This document shows positions 46,500-59,300 of a DNA stretch of 64,000 nucleotides, piece by piece. The notes beneath the pieces were generated by a model, which was given only the letters and a program-made list of their open reading frames with translations, was not told where the DNA came from and ran no database searches. Location of the stretch: the NCBI GenBank assembly GCA_043228905.1, contig JBHGNT010000005.1:7812001-7876000 (forward strand), written 5' to 3'. The translations under genes were made by a program, and so were the position numbers. The number at the start of each line of letters is the position of its first letter. The first letter of the stretch is position 1. This DNA is from Azolla caroliniana. Lineage: Eukaryota; Plantae; Polypodiophyta.

Positions 46500-49400
46500 C
46501 AATAGACATTCGGTTAAGTGTGTGCCCACTTAAGTGCACCATTCTATTAAGTGCGTTTTTTTTATAGAGGTCAAAATCCATATAAAAAAATTTACATTGT
46601 TTCATGACGAAATTACATTAAACCAAATTGAAAGTATGTTCCAACCGTTTAGAAACAACAAAAGGAGTTTCTATGTGTATGTGTATGTCTATGCCTATGT
46701 CTATGTCTATGTGTGTGTCATGTGTTCTATGTGTGTGTTTACGATTACAAGTTTGTGATTTTGATTCTTAATTAAAGAACATAAGCAAAGAAGGGAAAAA
46801 ATTCTTGATGATTGTGAATAGTCAAGTTTTTGCAGGGATCGGCCATAAATACAAGCTCTCCTTCTCCATGTGCAACAAAATTGTCACGGACAAGTAGACG
46901 AGGCTCAATACTAAGAGAGTGAGAGAGAGATCATAGACAAGAGAGAGAGAAAGTAGTCAAGAGAACAAGAACTGAATTATGATTCCGTAACCGGTGTTGT
47001 TCACCTTGACTAAGGCCAAGGTGAACCCCTGTATTTTTACATGTTTATGGGCTCTAAATGTAGCCCCATGCAAAGACTCGTTTTCATGCACAAGCTTCTA
47101 GAATGTTCTAGCTTATGGAGCTTTCTGGAAGCTTCTAAAACCCTACATGTAGAATAGATAATCTACAATAATTTATTAAGGTAACATGATTATGTATTGG
47201 ATATATTGGTTAAAACATATGATTAAATACAATAGGTCAAGAGTTCAAATCATGGCATGGTTGTTGTCATGTCCATGACATTATCCCTTTATTAAGGCCG
47301 CCTCTGAAGATGTCTCCCCGGTTTTTGTGGATATTGGTGATGAATGCATGAACAACATCCGGTGCATTCTCCAAGTGTTGAGTTGGTTCCCAAGTTGCCT
47401 CTGAAATGGGATACCCTTTCCATAGGACTAAGTATTGAAGTTGTCGTTGATGCCAATGAGACTCCGGAATCTTGTCCACCTCATACTCCTCACCTGTGGA
47501 AAGCTCAATTAGAGGTGGAGGTGGAGGTGGAGAGTGTCTTCCAAGAACAGGAATAGTGGATGGATGATAAGGTTCGAGAGGAGAGGCATGGAAGACATTA
47601 TGAATCCAGAAATGTGGAGGAAGTTCTAGTCGGAAAGTGATGGGATTGACACACTCAATGATGCGGAAAGGCCCCAACTTCTTGTAATCCAACTTTCCGC
47701 AAGGTCAAGTAGTATTGACATGGTGACGTAAGAGCCAAACTTGATCACCAACTGCAAAGCCAGGTGTAGCGGAACGATATTGATCAGCTTGTGCTTTATA
47801 CCGGTTCCTTGCAAGGATGAGTTCGAGGGAGAGATCTTGATGAATGTTGGCTAAAATACGAGCACGTCCTTCTGCTGACGGGTTGACAGAGTTGCCAGGG
47901 ATGGAAATACTGAAGCGAGGATGGAAACCATAGTTGGCGAAAAATGGGGTGACCCCAGTTGAACCATGTAGCGTATTATTATATGTGAACTTTGCCAAGG
48001 GTAGGACGTCAACCCAATCATCTTGCTGGTAGCTAAGCGAGCATCGAAGGTATTGCTCAAGAATTTGGTTCACCCACTTTGTTTGGCCATCGGTTTGAGG
48101 ATGATAGGACGAAGACAAATTCATGTTGTGCCCAATGTTTGAAGGAGTCGCCGCCAAAAACGAGAGACAAATTGGGGTTCGCGATCTGAGGTGACATCAT
48201 TTGGGACCCGATGAAGCCGCACCACATTCTTTAAAAATAGATCGGTTGTTGCTTCTACTAAAATAGTCTTTGCACAAGGGGCAAAATGAGCCATCTTTGT
48301 AAACCAAACTACCATGTCGAGCATTGTGCCATATCCGTGGACAAGAGGCAAGTCAGTGATGAAATCCATGGAAATTGATGCCCAAGGCCGGTTGGGAATG
48401 GGAAGTGATTGGAGCAACCCATATGGCCTATGGTGGATGACTTTGGATCTAGCACAAGTATCACATGTCTTGATGAATTCCTTGACGAACTTCCATGGTT
48501 GCGGCCACCAATATCCTCGTTAGATTAATTCGAGTGTCTTTGTAATGCCAAAATGACCAACCAAGGGGTCATCATGACACTTTTGGAGAACTTGAGTTCG
48601 GCATCGGCCCGCCGGAACATATAAGAGTTCGTCTCGGTAAAGCAATCCCCCCTCGAATCTGAAGCGGTCAAGGTCTTCCTTGGTCTTCGATTTAGACAAC
48701 TCAATAAGACCTTCCTGAATTGTGTTGGCGAATTTGTCGGTGGGAAGTGCTTTGGCTATCTCCTCAAGCAAAGAGTCGGCATGGAGCATGCATGTGGCGA
48801 AGAGCTGGAATTCATCTGGTTTAAGTTAACATTGAGATTGTTGAGCATAGGCATCATCCCTTGGGCTCAACTCAAAATTTGATCGTCGTGAAAGAGCATC
48901 AACCTTCATGTTTTGTGCCCCCGACCAAAAGACAATTTCAAAGTCATAGTCGGCTAAGAAAGTTGACGAATAGGCCTGCCACCGATTCAATGTACGGGTT
49001 GTTGAGAAATACAATAAATTTTTATGATCTGTTAATACCTGAACCCGATGTTGCACCCAAGCCAAGTAAGGCCTCCACTCCGTGAAAGCTGCCACTATAA
49101 CCGCAAGCTCCTTGTCGTAGATGGGATAGTTTTTTTCTGGAGATGTGAATTTTCGAGAGTAGTATGCCACTGGATGTAGGATGCCATCATCATCGGGTTG
49201 GGATAAGATGGCACCAATGGCAAAGTCAGAGGCATCTATTTCAACTTGAAAAGGCTTAGTAGGGTCGACATGAAGGAGAACTGGAGCCCGGGTAAAAACT
49301 TCCTTGAGTAGGTCGAAGGCGTGTTGAGTAGGTGGAGTCCATTGAAATGACATCCCTTTACGAGTAAGCTCAATCAAGGGTTGGACTATGACGGAGAACC

Positions 49401-50641
49401 CCTTGATAAATCGCCCATAAAAATTTGATAAATCGTCCATAAAAATTTGCGAAACCAAGGAACGATTGGACATCCTTTACTTGTTTTGGAGTGGCCCATT
49501 CTTCAATTGTCTTGATTTTTCTTGGATCCATGGTGATGCCCTGGGGGGAGATAACATAATCAAGAAATTCTATGGAATTGCAATCAAACTCAGATTTTTC
49601 TCTCTTGGCATAGAGGGCATGCTCCCTTAGTTTCGAGAGAATCAATCGAACGTGGTGAGTATGCTCTTCAATGCTCGACGAGAAGACAAGAATGTCATCA
49701 AGGTAGATAACGACAAAGTGATCAAGATATTCTCGAAATATGTCGTTCATCATATGTTGAAAAACAGCTAGAGCATTGGTGAGTCCAAAAGGCATTACCT
49801 TGTACTCGAAGTGTCCGTTCACTGTAACAAAATCATAATTCAGTTATTGTTCTCTTGACTACTTTCTCTCTCTCTTTCTTATTATCTTGTCTATGATCTC
49901 TCTCTCACTCTCTTAGTATTGAGGCTCATCTACTTGTCCGTAACAGTTTGTTCACCTTGACTAAGGCCAAGGTGAACCCCTATATTTTTACATGTTTATG
50001 GGTTCTAAATGTAGCCCCATGCAAAGACTCATTTTCATGCACAAGCATCTAGAATGTTCTAGCTTCTGGAGCTTTCTAGAAGCTTCTAAAATCTTACATG
50101 TAAAATAGATAATCTACAATAATCTATGTAAAGTAACATGATTATGTATTGGACGTATTGGTTAAAACATATCAATTAAATACAGTAGGTCAAGAGTTCA
50201 AATCATGACATGATTGTTGTCATGTCCATGACAAAAACTTATGTCTATTGTCCTTCTCTTTCTATGTGTCTGTGCCATGTGCATGCATGCTCTTTTCCTG
50301 CATGAAGAAAGCCTCTCTCCCTCCCTCTCTCTTTCTGTGCATCTTGTTTATTCTCAAAGATGACAGAAGTTGCAACTAAAGGTAATCTAGAATCGAGAAA
50401 GAAACTGAAGAGTATGTATGTTGAAACCATAAATGTTTCAAGTCAATTATATCACGTAAATTGATCATTGTCCTTATCAAGAATTGTATGATTAGAACAC
50501 ATAAGGAAAATTTTCCAAAAAACCCTAAAAATTTCCAAAAAAACCTAAAATGTTTTAGAAAACCCCTAGTAAGTGCCCAGCTCGGTTAAGTGTGCACTTC
50601 TTCCTCACGTTCAAAGTGCGCACTTAACCGAATGTCTATTG
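46500..50641. mobile_element. Non-autonomous Tc1/mariner (pogo-like) element containing a chromovirus insertion
   Basis: Perfect 21-bp TIR CAATAGACATTCGGTTAAGTG / CACTTAACCGAATGTCTATTG, with TA on both sides (46498-46499 and 50642-50643). Confidence 0.85.
46882..50233 (-). mobile_element. Internally deleted chromovirus (RT C-part, RNase H, INT, chromodomain) with two LTRs
   Basis: LTRs 46882-47280 and about 49823-50233. TSD AAAAT/AAAAC. RT MPFGLTNA..YLDDIL, RH DASDFAIGA..YDKEL, INT SMDFIT..TDGQT, chromodomain EYEVDKI..YLVLWKGY..TWEP. Gag and PR are absent. Confidence 0.9.
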
Positions 50642-51505
50642 TAATTTAACAATAGTAACATGACGGATGTTGATCTTTCATATCTCAAGCATTTGAACTT
50701 CCTTTGATGGATGAATGATGAACCATGATTCTAGTATGTGGTATCAAGGCCATATTGTGCAAATAGGAATCAATCCACATGCTTACACTAACACGTTGGG
50801 TATCCTCACTATTTTAGTTATTTGCACAAGTCATTGAGTCAACACCAACATTGTATGGTCATGGTATCAATCTTGGCGCTTTTACTGAATAATGACATGA
50901 TTGACGTTGAATTTGCATGTCCCAAGCATTGTGATGGATGAGGGAATGTTGAAACTAGTATTGCTTTAGTATGTGATGTTTAGAAAACCATATCATACAT
51001 CTACTAATTTCAACCAACCTATTGCATGCTCAAACCAACATGTTAGATAGGTGTACTCTATATTCAAAGTACACCTATCTAATACATTTCATCATTGTTG
51101 AAGCATTTGCAGAATAGTGACATGATAAGTTCAATCTACTAGTTCAAGTTGTAGAATTTTTCGTGATGGATGACTAGTTTAAATGTTGAAACTTGAGACA
51201 AATGGTTTAGTACATGGCCATGCCATGCATGCACTGATCAATTTACCTGTTCACATTAATTCGCTAGCTGGTGTCATCAAAATTGAAGTGACATGCGCAT
51301 GTTGATGTTGATATGTCGTGATATGATGCTATGAATGTTGAATCATTTGAAGGATAGCAAGATGATGGATGTTGAATTTGCCTACCTCAAGCATTCTAAG
51401 TTTACTATGAATGGCGAAACCAACCTTTTTAATGTGTTGTCAAGAAGGCAATATTATGCATGTTCCATTAGGCATTCTCAATATGGCAATGGTGTGAGAA
51501 TACAC

Positions 51506-51558
51506 TAAAAACTTAGTGTATTTGTATACATGGTGTATACAAATACACTAAGTTTTTA
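51506..51558. repeat. Perfect 25-bp inverted repeat with 3-nt loop
   Basis: TAAAAACTTAGTGTATTTGTATACA-TGG-TGTATACAAATACACTAAGTTTTTA. Confidence 0.9.
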
Positions 51559-51683
51559 TGAATTATACAAAACCTTGTTCATTGTGTTACAAACTTTAGT
51601 GTTGATAATTGAAAATTATTAATGTTTTCTTTATATTGTGCAATGTCCATCTATACACGTACATTATACATCAATATGTAAAA

Positions 51684-51878
51684 CTAGTGTCTTAGAATTG
51701 TTTTTTAGAAATGGTTTATATTACTAGTATGAAGAGGTGACACCCACGAAAAGTATTGATGTACAAGAGTATGCTAAGATTCTAGTGTCTTAGAATTGTT
51801 TTTTAGAAATGGTTTATATTACTAGTATGAAGAGGTGACACCCACGAAAAGTATTGATGTACAAGAGTATGCTAAGAT
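51684..51878. repeat. Near-perfect tandem duplication, about 98 bp
   Basis: CTAGTGTCTTAGAATTG...GTATGCTAAGAT twice (51684 and 51782). Confidence 0.9.
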
Positions 51879-52288
51879 ACACCAAATGAAAATTTGAAAC
51901 TTGTCAAGTTAAATATCATGAAGCAAGAGACAATCATGCAATGAGTGCTTGAGAGAAATTGGAATGGTTGGAGAAGATGAGTTCATTTAGAGAGAGTTGA
52001 TTGAAGACCATGTGGTTATGTGATATCTATTTAGTCCATAATCCCCAAAACCTTACCCAATTGGAAAAGTGGATGTACTATGCAGGAACTCTAAGAACAA
52101 GAACAAACACACAAGCTCTTTCCCAAATTAAGTGTTGGGAAATGACAAGAGAGTTTTTGTCCTTGTGTCAATACTTTTGAATGAAATTGTACACAATATA
52201 GGTTCACTCACTAGTATTTACCTGTGCGATTGTGTCTCAATATGTAATGATGTCAATGCTTGCAATTGCAAGTATATTGTGCATGGGC

Positions 52289-52716
52289 GCATCTATCTAG
52301 TACATGTGCATACCCACATAGTAGTTGTCTCCATGGATATTGAACCCAATGGCATTACATCCAACCATTGATGTTACATGATAGACAAAGATCAAATCTT
52401 CTCCTTCTGAACATATAAAAACTAGCGACATGAATGAAATTGGTGTCAAAACCTATTAATATGCTATATTGTAAACATGTGTCCATCTACAAGTACATAT
52501 ATACGGCACATCTATCTAGTACATGCGCATACCCATAGAGTTGTTGTTTTCATGGATATTCAACCCAATGACATTACATCTAACCATTGATGTTACACCA
52601 TAGACAAATATCGAATCTTCTCCTTCTGAACATGTAAAAACTAGCGATGTGAATGAAATTGGTGTCAAAATCTATGAATATGCTATATTGTAAACAGGTG
52701 TCCATCTACAAGTATA
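52289..52716. repeat. Diverged tandem duplication, about 220 bp
   Basis: CATCTATCTAGTACATG...GTGTCCATCTACAAGTA twice. Confidence 0.85.
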
Positions 52717-53370
52717 CACCACCATGGACCATGTTACAAGTTGTTCCTAGGGGTATACAATCCAATGTTACAATACCAATATTATGTTAGTCCATAGGAA
52801 TATCTTCTCTACTCCTGCATTCATCCCTAAATATTAGGGTTGCTTGATTTTTAATGTACCATAATCTCTCCCTCCCTCTCTCTCTCTCTCTAGGGTTGTA
52901 ATTGTCTCTCTCCAATCTTCAACAAACAAACCCACACTCTCTATGTGTACCAACAAACAACCACACACTCTTTTTGTGTCACACACATACTCTCTTTGAA
53001 TGGGCCCTTACTTGAGGTTTATTGTGAATTAATTCATAGATAAAAAGGTGGTCACAAGAGAAGCAATGTGGGCCTAATATAACCTCCACCTAATATTCAA
53101 AATGTATGTGATCTATTAATCATGTACTCCCATATAATTTTTTGTTGATAAATTTAATTGAATTGCTATGACTTGTTTTTCACAAACATAAATAAAATTT
53201 AGTAATGCACACTGAATATTTAAAATTTTAGTTAGAGTGAAATAAAACTTTACTTCCTAGTATATAATCGCATATCAAGTTATACAAGTAATCAACTAAT
53301 TCCGTGTGACACAATATGATATCACAAATATCATAGTGATGAAGTTTTAATTCGCTCTAAGTCGTGGAAA

Positions 53371-55151
53371 ATGGCGCCCAAAGTGTGTGTGACGGGGGGA
53401 ACCGGCTATATTGCATCACACATCATTAAACTTCTTCTTGACAAGGGCTACTATGTGCGCACCACTGTGCGTAACCCTGGTATTTCATTTAGTATATTGT
53501 ACTCACATGAAAGTTTTTGGTTTTGGTTCATAATATCTTGGATTTTCAATATGTTTCAAATAAATCATGCAAATAAAGACATGATTATGCAAACGAAGTT
53601 TAAGAAGTGATCATCATATGTTCTTGCTTACATAGACGATGAGAAGAAGTTGGCATTCCTTAGACAACTACCAGGTGCTAAGAAGCAATTACATGTCTTG
53701 AGGGCAGAACTATTAGAGGACGGTAGCTTTGACGATGCCATTGTAGGTGTGGATGGAGTGTTCCATGTAGCCTCTCCCGTGCTTGTTCCTAATTGGGAGA
53801 ATCCTGAGGTACATACTATAATATGATGTAGTATTTTGATCAGTCTAATAAATTCATATGACATGTGAACATTTTTAGGCATGTGTTTATAAACCACACA
53901 TTCACATTATTAATATGTTACCACTTGGCATTCAAGTAATAATAATAATGTGAAAAAAGTTTATAAATATTATCATGATTTGTAGAAAAGCTACTTGGAG
54001 CCATGTTTGAATGGAACTGCCAATGTGCTAAATTCTTGTTCCAAATCACCATCTGTAAAGCGAGTGGTGTTAACATCATCTTGCTCTGCGGTTCGCTATG
54101 ACTTCGATAAGAAAGAAGATGATCCTCCTCTTGATGAGTCGCATTGGAGTAGCATTGATTATTGTAAACAATATCAGGTTTGTTGCTATATGTTCATGCA
54201 CTAACCTTATCTACTTCATTCTATAATCAACTAATGTATAAACTTCACAACTATATTAAGACATAAGCTTTGCAATGACATCTTTTAATTACCTCTTTTT
54301 AATAGCTTTGGTATGCATGGGCAAAAACAATTGCGGAGAAAGATGCGTGGAGAATAGCAAATGAGAAGGGGATAAACCTTGTTGTTGTGAACCCTGCCTT
54401 TGTTGTGGGTCCAACTCTTTCCAACATTCCTACAAGCACACTTGCCATAGTCTTGGGTATCCTCAGGGGTAAGACAACAAATAACATCCATGTTTGCAAA
54501 TGATTAAGGTAGTGTTTGGGATATTTTGAACTTGTGTGTGATAACATGTTTGATGAAGTGAAGAAATTTTCATTGTGCATGTTTACCCTTATTGAAAATA
54601 AAAGGAATTGAGAACATTTAATGACACATGAAGAAACGTGGTATAAATTGTGGAAACTTGTTTGAGGTAGATATGTCTATTTAAGTTTCAATCATAGATA
54701 TGATATGACTTTTTTCAATAGGAGACCTAAAGACGTATCCAAACTCAAGAATGGGATATGTGCACATACATGATGTAGCGCTTGCTCATATTATTGCTTA
54801 TGAACATCCATCGGCATCAGGGAGGCTTATATGTTCAGGAGATGTTTACCATTGGCGAGACATTGTTTCAATGCTTAAGACAAAATATCCTACATATCCA
54901 ATCACTACAGTGTGAGTATAATACCAATGGTATCACCTAAGATCCAAATTAAGCATTTTCATAAAACTGAACATGATGCAAATGATTAGATTTAATCCTT
55001 TTGTAGGTGTGGACAAGAGTTGGGTAACGACATTCCTCACAAGATGAACACAGAAAAAATAGAAAGTTTGGGATTGCCTACTTTCATGAGCCTTGAAAAA
55101 ATGTTTGATGATTGCATCGAAAGCCTAAAAACCCATGGCCTCTTAACTTAA
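53371..55151 (+). CDS. TKPR2: Tetraketide alpha-pyrone reductase 2-like (DFR/CCR-family NADPH-dependent reductase), about 323 aa
   Basis: Six GT-AG exons join in phase: 53371-53479, 53636-53808, 53986-54177, 54306-54468, 54722-54911, 55007-55151. [10 protein letters not shown] Rossmann motif, [17 protein letters not shown], catalytic [21 protein letters not shown], all as recalled for TKPR2. Confidence 0.88.
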
Positions 55152-55795
55152 ATTTATGAGTGTCACAATAAACCATATACCTATTGCAAACATTCAATGC
55201 AAACCAAAAATGTCTCAAATCAAATTATAGATTGGTATAGAAAGATTTGAGGTCACAAATTTCAAGGAGACATTTCATTTCTTTAGTTTTACTAAATCTG
55301 GTACTCAACCTCGAGAAACTTATCATTGTCTTGCGTATCATGTAGATTTATGCAATCTCAATAAAGATGCTAAACTAAATTTGGAGGTGGTTCGGCCAAT
55401 AATGTGGGGGTTTCCAAAGATATACCATTTATAACACACGTTTCAAAGTGAATAATCCATCCGTTTGGTTAAGGTGTCATGATGAGATTATGTTGCTTAC
55501 TTATTCGAGAATGTGTTGTTAGTATCTGCAATTGTGATATATCCTCTTTTATTAGTTTTTTTCTATTTTGCTATCTCACCAAACAAGTTGTTGTATCCTT
55601 TAGATTTTTCGTATTTGTAAATGTGATTCATTTGTGTAGGTAGTTTTTAGGGTTGTTGCATAGACAGTGGATATAGAATAATATAGAACCACATTTCACA
55701 TTGCAAGCCATTGTTTATTTTTTTATTTTTTTATTATTTAAAAAAATTGTTTTTAAACAATCTTTTCATTTTTAGACCTTATTCTCACATTTTAG

Positions 55796-56387
55796 AAACA
55801 TCTTTAAAATTTAAAAAATATTAAATAATGAATTATTTAAAATTTTAAAATTTGACCTAAGTTGAAAACCGAAACCAAACCACAAAACTGTAGTTTTAAT
55901 GGTTTAACGATTTGAAAAAAATTTAACAACTCGGTTTAATTATTTCATGGTTCGGTTCGGTTTAGTTTAGATTTCAAAAAATTAAAACGGTTTGGTTTTG
56001 ACCCTCTCAAACCGAACCGAACCGTTGCCGATTATTAGATGTAGCAATTATGCAAAGAAATGAACTAGACTCAAAGTTTAGGGTTAAGAACATCTTTAAA
56101 ATCTTAAAAAAAATTTAAAATGAAATATTTTTAAAATTTTAAATTTGAGCTAAGTTAAAAACCGAAACTGAACCACGAAACCAGTTTTAATGGTTTAACA
56201 GTTTGAAAATGGTTTTAACAACTCGGTTTAACGGTTTCGTGGTTCAATTCGGTTCTGTTCAAATTTCAAAAACTTAAAACGGTTTGGTTTTGACCCACTC
56301 AAACCAAACCAAACCATTGCCAATTGTTAGATGTAGAAAAAGAATTATGCAAAGAAATGAACTAGACTCAAAGTTTAGGGTTAAGAG
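55796..56387. repeat. Tandem duplication (about 292 bp) of an AACCG-rich MITE-like end plus flank
   Basis: AACATCTTTAAAAT...AAACCGAACC...GCAAAGAAATGAACTAGACTCAAAGTTTAGGGTTAAGA twice. Confidence 0.8.
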
Positions 56388-59300
56388 TTTGGCTTTTTCA
56401 TTGTATTTACATCTAAACAAAACTCCACATTTATTCAATCTTGCCATTACTATGGAATTAGAGTAAAACAACTTCACATAAATCTTTACATGTGACACAA
56501 GTGATATTGCATGGGTCTTCGAAAGCATGATATTTCGAATTATCCTACTTATATTGAGCATCCTACACTTGGCTTCCAGCTCCTCCCTTAAAGTGACTAT
56601 TCTTTTATGACATAATGTATGGACCGTAGCACCCACTTTGGGGCTTCAAGGATTTTATGGATCAACAATTTCAAAACGATAATAGTTTCCTACCACATTT
56701 GCATTATAGTCACACAATCAACGCATAGCACAAAACCCCACGAAAATCCATGGAGCACATACACAATTATGCATATGTCTGTAAGTGTATAAATTATTTG
56801 TCGTATGACATAGAAATGCTCTAAAGTTATCAATAACAGGTGGTTGCTTTTATGTTTGTCGATTAATAAAACTTAACTCTAGTTAACTTAAGGTGAATAA
56901 ATTTTCATACTCTTTATTTTGGCTTCATTTATTACGTAAGCAAAAGGCCTCATTGCTTAGCTATCTATGTCAAATTGTCATCTTAGAGATCAATTATGAC
57001 TGGCATCAATTTATCAAAACTCGACAAACAAGACAAGAATGTTGCTAGTAGCGTGGGAATAGGAAGGATATTTTGTGTAGTCACAATACCTTGTACATTT
57101 AAAATATTCACAAACATTCAGAAGCGTTCATATCATTTGATCCAACATTTTCTTATTTAGCCATGTTTCATATTTCGTCATTTATGATATATCTAAATCT
57201 AGCGCACATGAGTCATTTGTTATGTGGATCGTGATGGTTGTGTGCTCTCCATGAATGTTGTACTTTGAGAATTATTTTCCTCTCTCTCTAATGGCATAAC
57301 ACCTACATAAAGGGAGGTCATCCTTCAACTTTATAAATTAAATCACAAGTGTATATTGTAGGTGGCTATAATACACAATTCGATACATCCATACAAAAGG
57401 ACATGTTACGAAGGAGTTTAAGTTTTGATATTTACATTGATCATGCAAATAATTTATGATGGTAAAACAATCTCCAAGTAAGATATGAAATGCAAATGCA
57501 TATAATCAATGCACATGTGACATAATGGACAATGCATGATAAGTGAAAAGGACATGAATAGATCTTGTAGTATAGTCGAATGATGACAATCGTAGTGATG
57601 AGAGGGTGGTTACTCACAAGCCATCGAGGTAGATGGAAAGGGAATGAATGGTGAGTACTTGTGAACAAGGTGACAACTGGGAGTATTAAATTTTGGATGG
57701 GATATAGTCTAAATTTTCACGAAAGAATGAGAGAGAGACACCCAACTAATTCTTGAGCTACATTCGACGGGTTGTTAAAAAGAATAGTGACATGTAGAAA
57801 TGTAAAGATGAGTAACGTCCCACACACTTAATGATATATGAAAAAACTCTTTTATTTTCCCACATGATCAAGCCATTGGCCACATGCCATCTAGCCTTTC
57901 CTTATTTGGAGCCTCATAGCAATACCTTTACTAGGTAATGTTTCTTTTTCCCTTTCACATCCAATTCCATCCCTCTTATCAAACTCCTTTCTCACTTTTG
58001 CATTCTTAGTTAACTAGTCATACACACGTAATTGAATTTTGATAAATAATAATAAATCTGAGATGTGATTATTGTTCCTCTCACCAAATATCCATTCCAG
58101 TGACATGGGATGACAACTCCAACGTCATCCCCTAGAAACTTCGCAACCACCCTTATATATATGTCTTCAACATGGATGTGCAACAAAGAAAATAACCACT
58201 TTTCCATTCTCAAAAAATGTGTCCACATTAACAAAGAAGTATAATTTGAAGAAAGTATCCAACATTACGAGGGACTTCAGTTGGGGACTTGATGATCACA
58301 TGTTTTGCTCAAGCATGCTCATAGTGAAACCATATTTATAACTAGGAGCAAATTTCGTTATCCTAGATTAAGCAATATACCTGCATGAGCAACTCTTCTA
58401 AGAAACCAAACCAACATTATAAACAAAATGTGCATCAATATGCATGCTCATGGAAGAAAATCTTTGAGGAAAAAAAAAGGCATACTCATGTTCATGATCT
58501 AGATCAATATTGTGACATTAAATTGACTTCTCTATTTTTTTTCTATTGAGTGAACCTTGCTTTCTTTTTGAGCTATTTCAAACCCATTAAATATACATGA
58601 TTGCTTGGAAGAAGCAGACTGACAACCTTCTCGTATGCTTGTTGGGTGTACAAGAATTATAAAATATTGTGTGGCTCTAAAATGATTCATTATAACTAGG
58701 TAATGCTTTACATCACTCTACAATTAAACATGTGAACATGAAGATGCAAGGCTCAAGACACACATGTATGATGTCCCACAAAGTTTGTAACTAAAAAAGA
58801 ACGATTCTATGTCCTAAAGCAAATTCTAAGGTCGCATCAATTTGTCATTATAGTGACTTTCAATCGGTTATTGAAAAGGAAATAGTTATAGGCACACACA
58901 CGAATGATGATACTCATACAACATATGCATCATCAAGTATGTCCAAAGGTACTTGTTTCGTGCACATAATCAAGAAAGGTTTTAAGTTCAACCGACTACT
59001 TACTATGAGTAAATATAAAATGCAAGCATAAAAGTTTTAGTGATTTGGCATGCATTTACATTACCACATTTATATTATATGCCTACAAACAACGCAAAAA
59101 ATGAAGTTGGAAAGTATAAGCTTTGGAAGAAAAGACAAGTTGTCTCGAAATATTACTATTATCTAACATTTGAAAAATGTGTTACACCCATGTGGCCAAT
59201 AATATTGCATGGTTTCACAACAATTAATGTTGCAATAACTTACACTCTAGGGTAGATGCAAATAATATCTCCAAGAAAAAATCTACATTTATTTTTTTTA

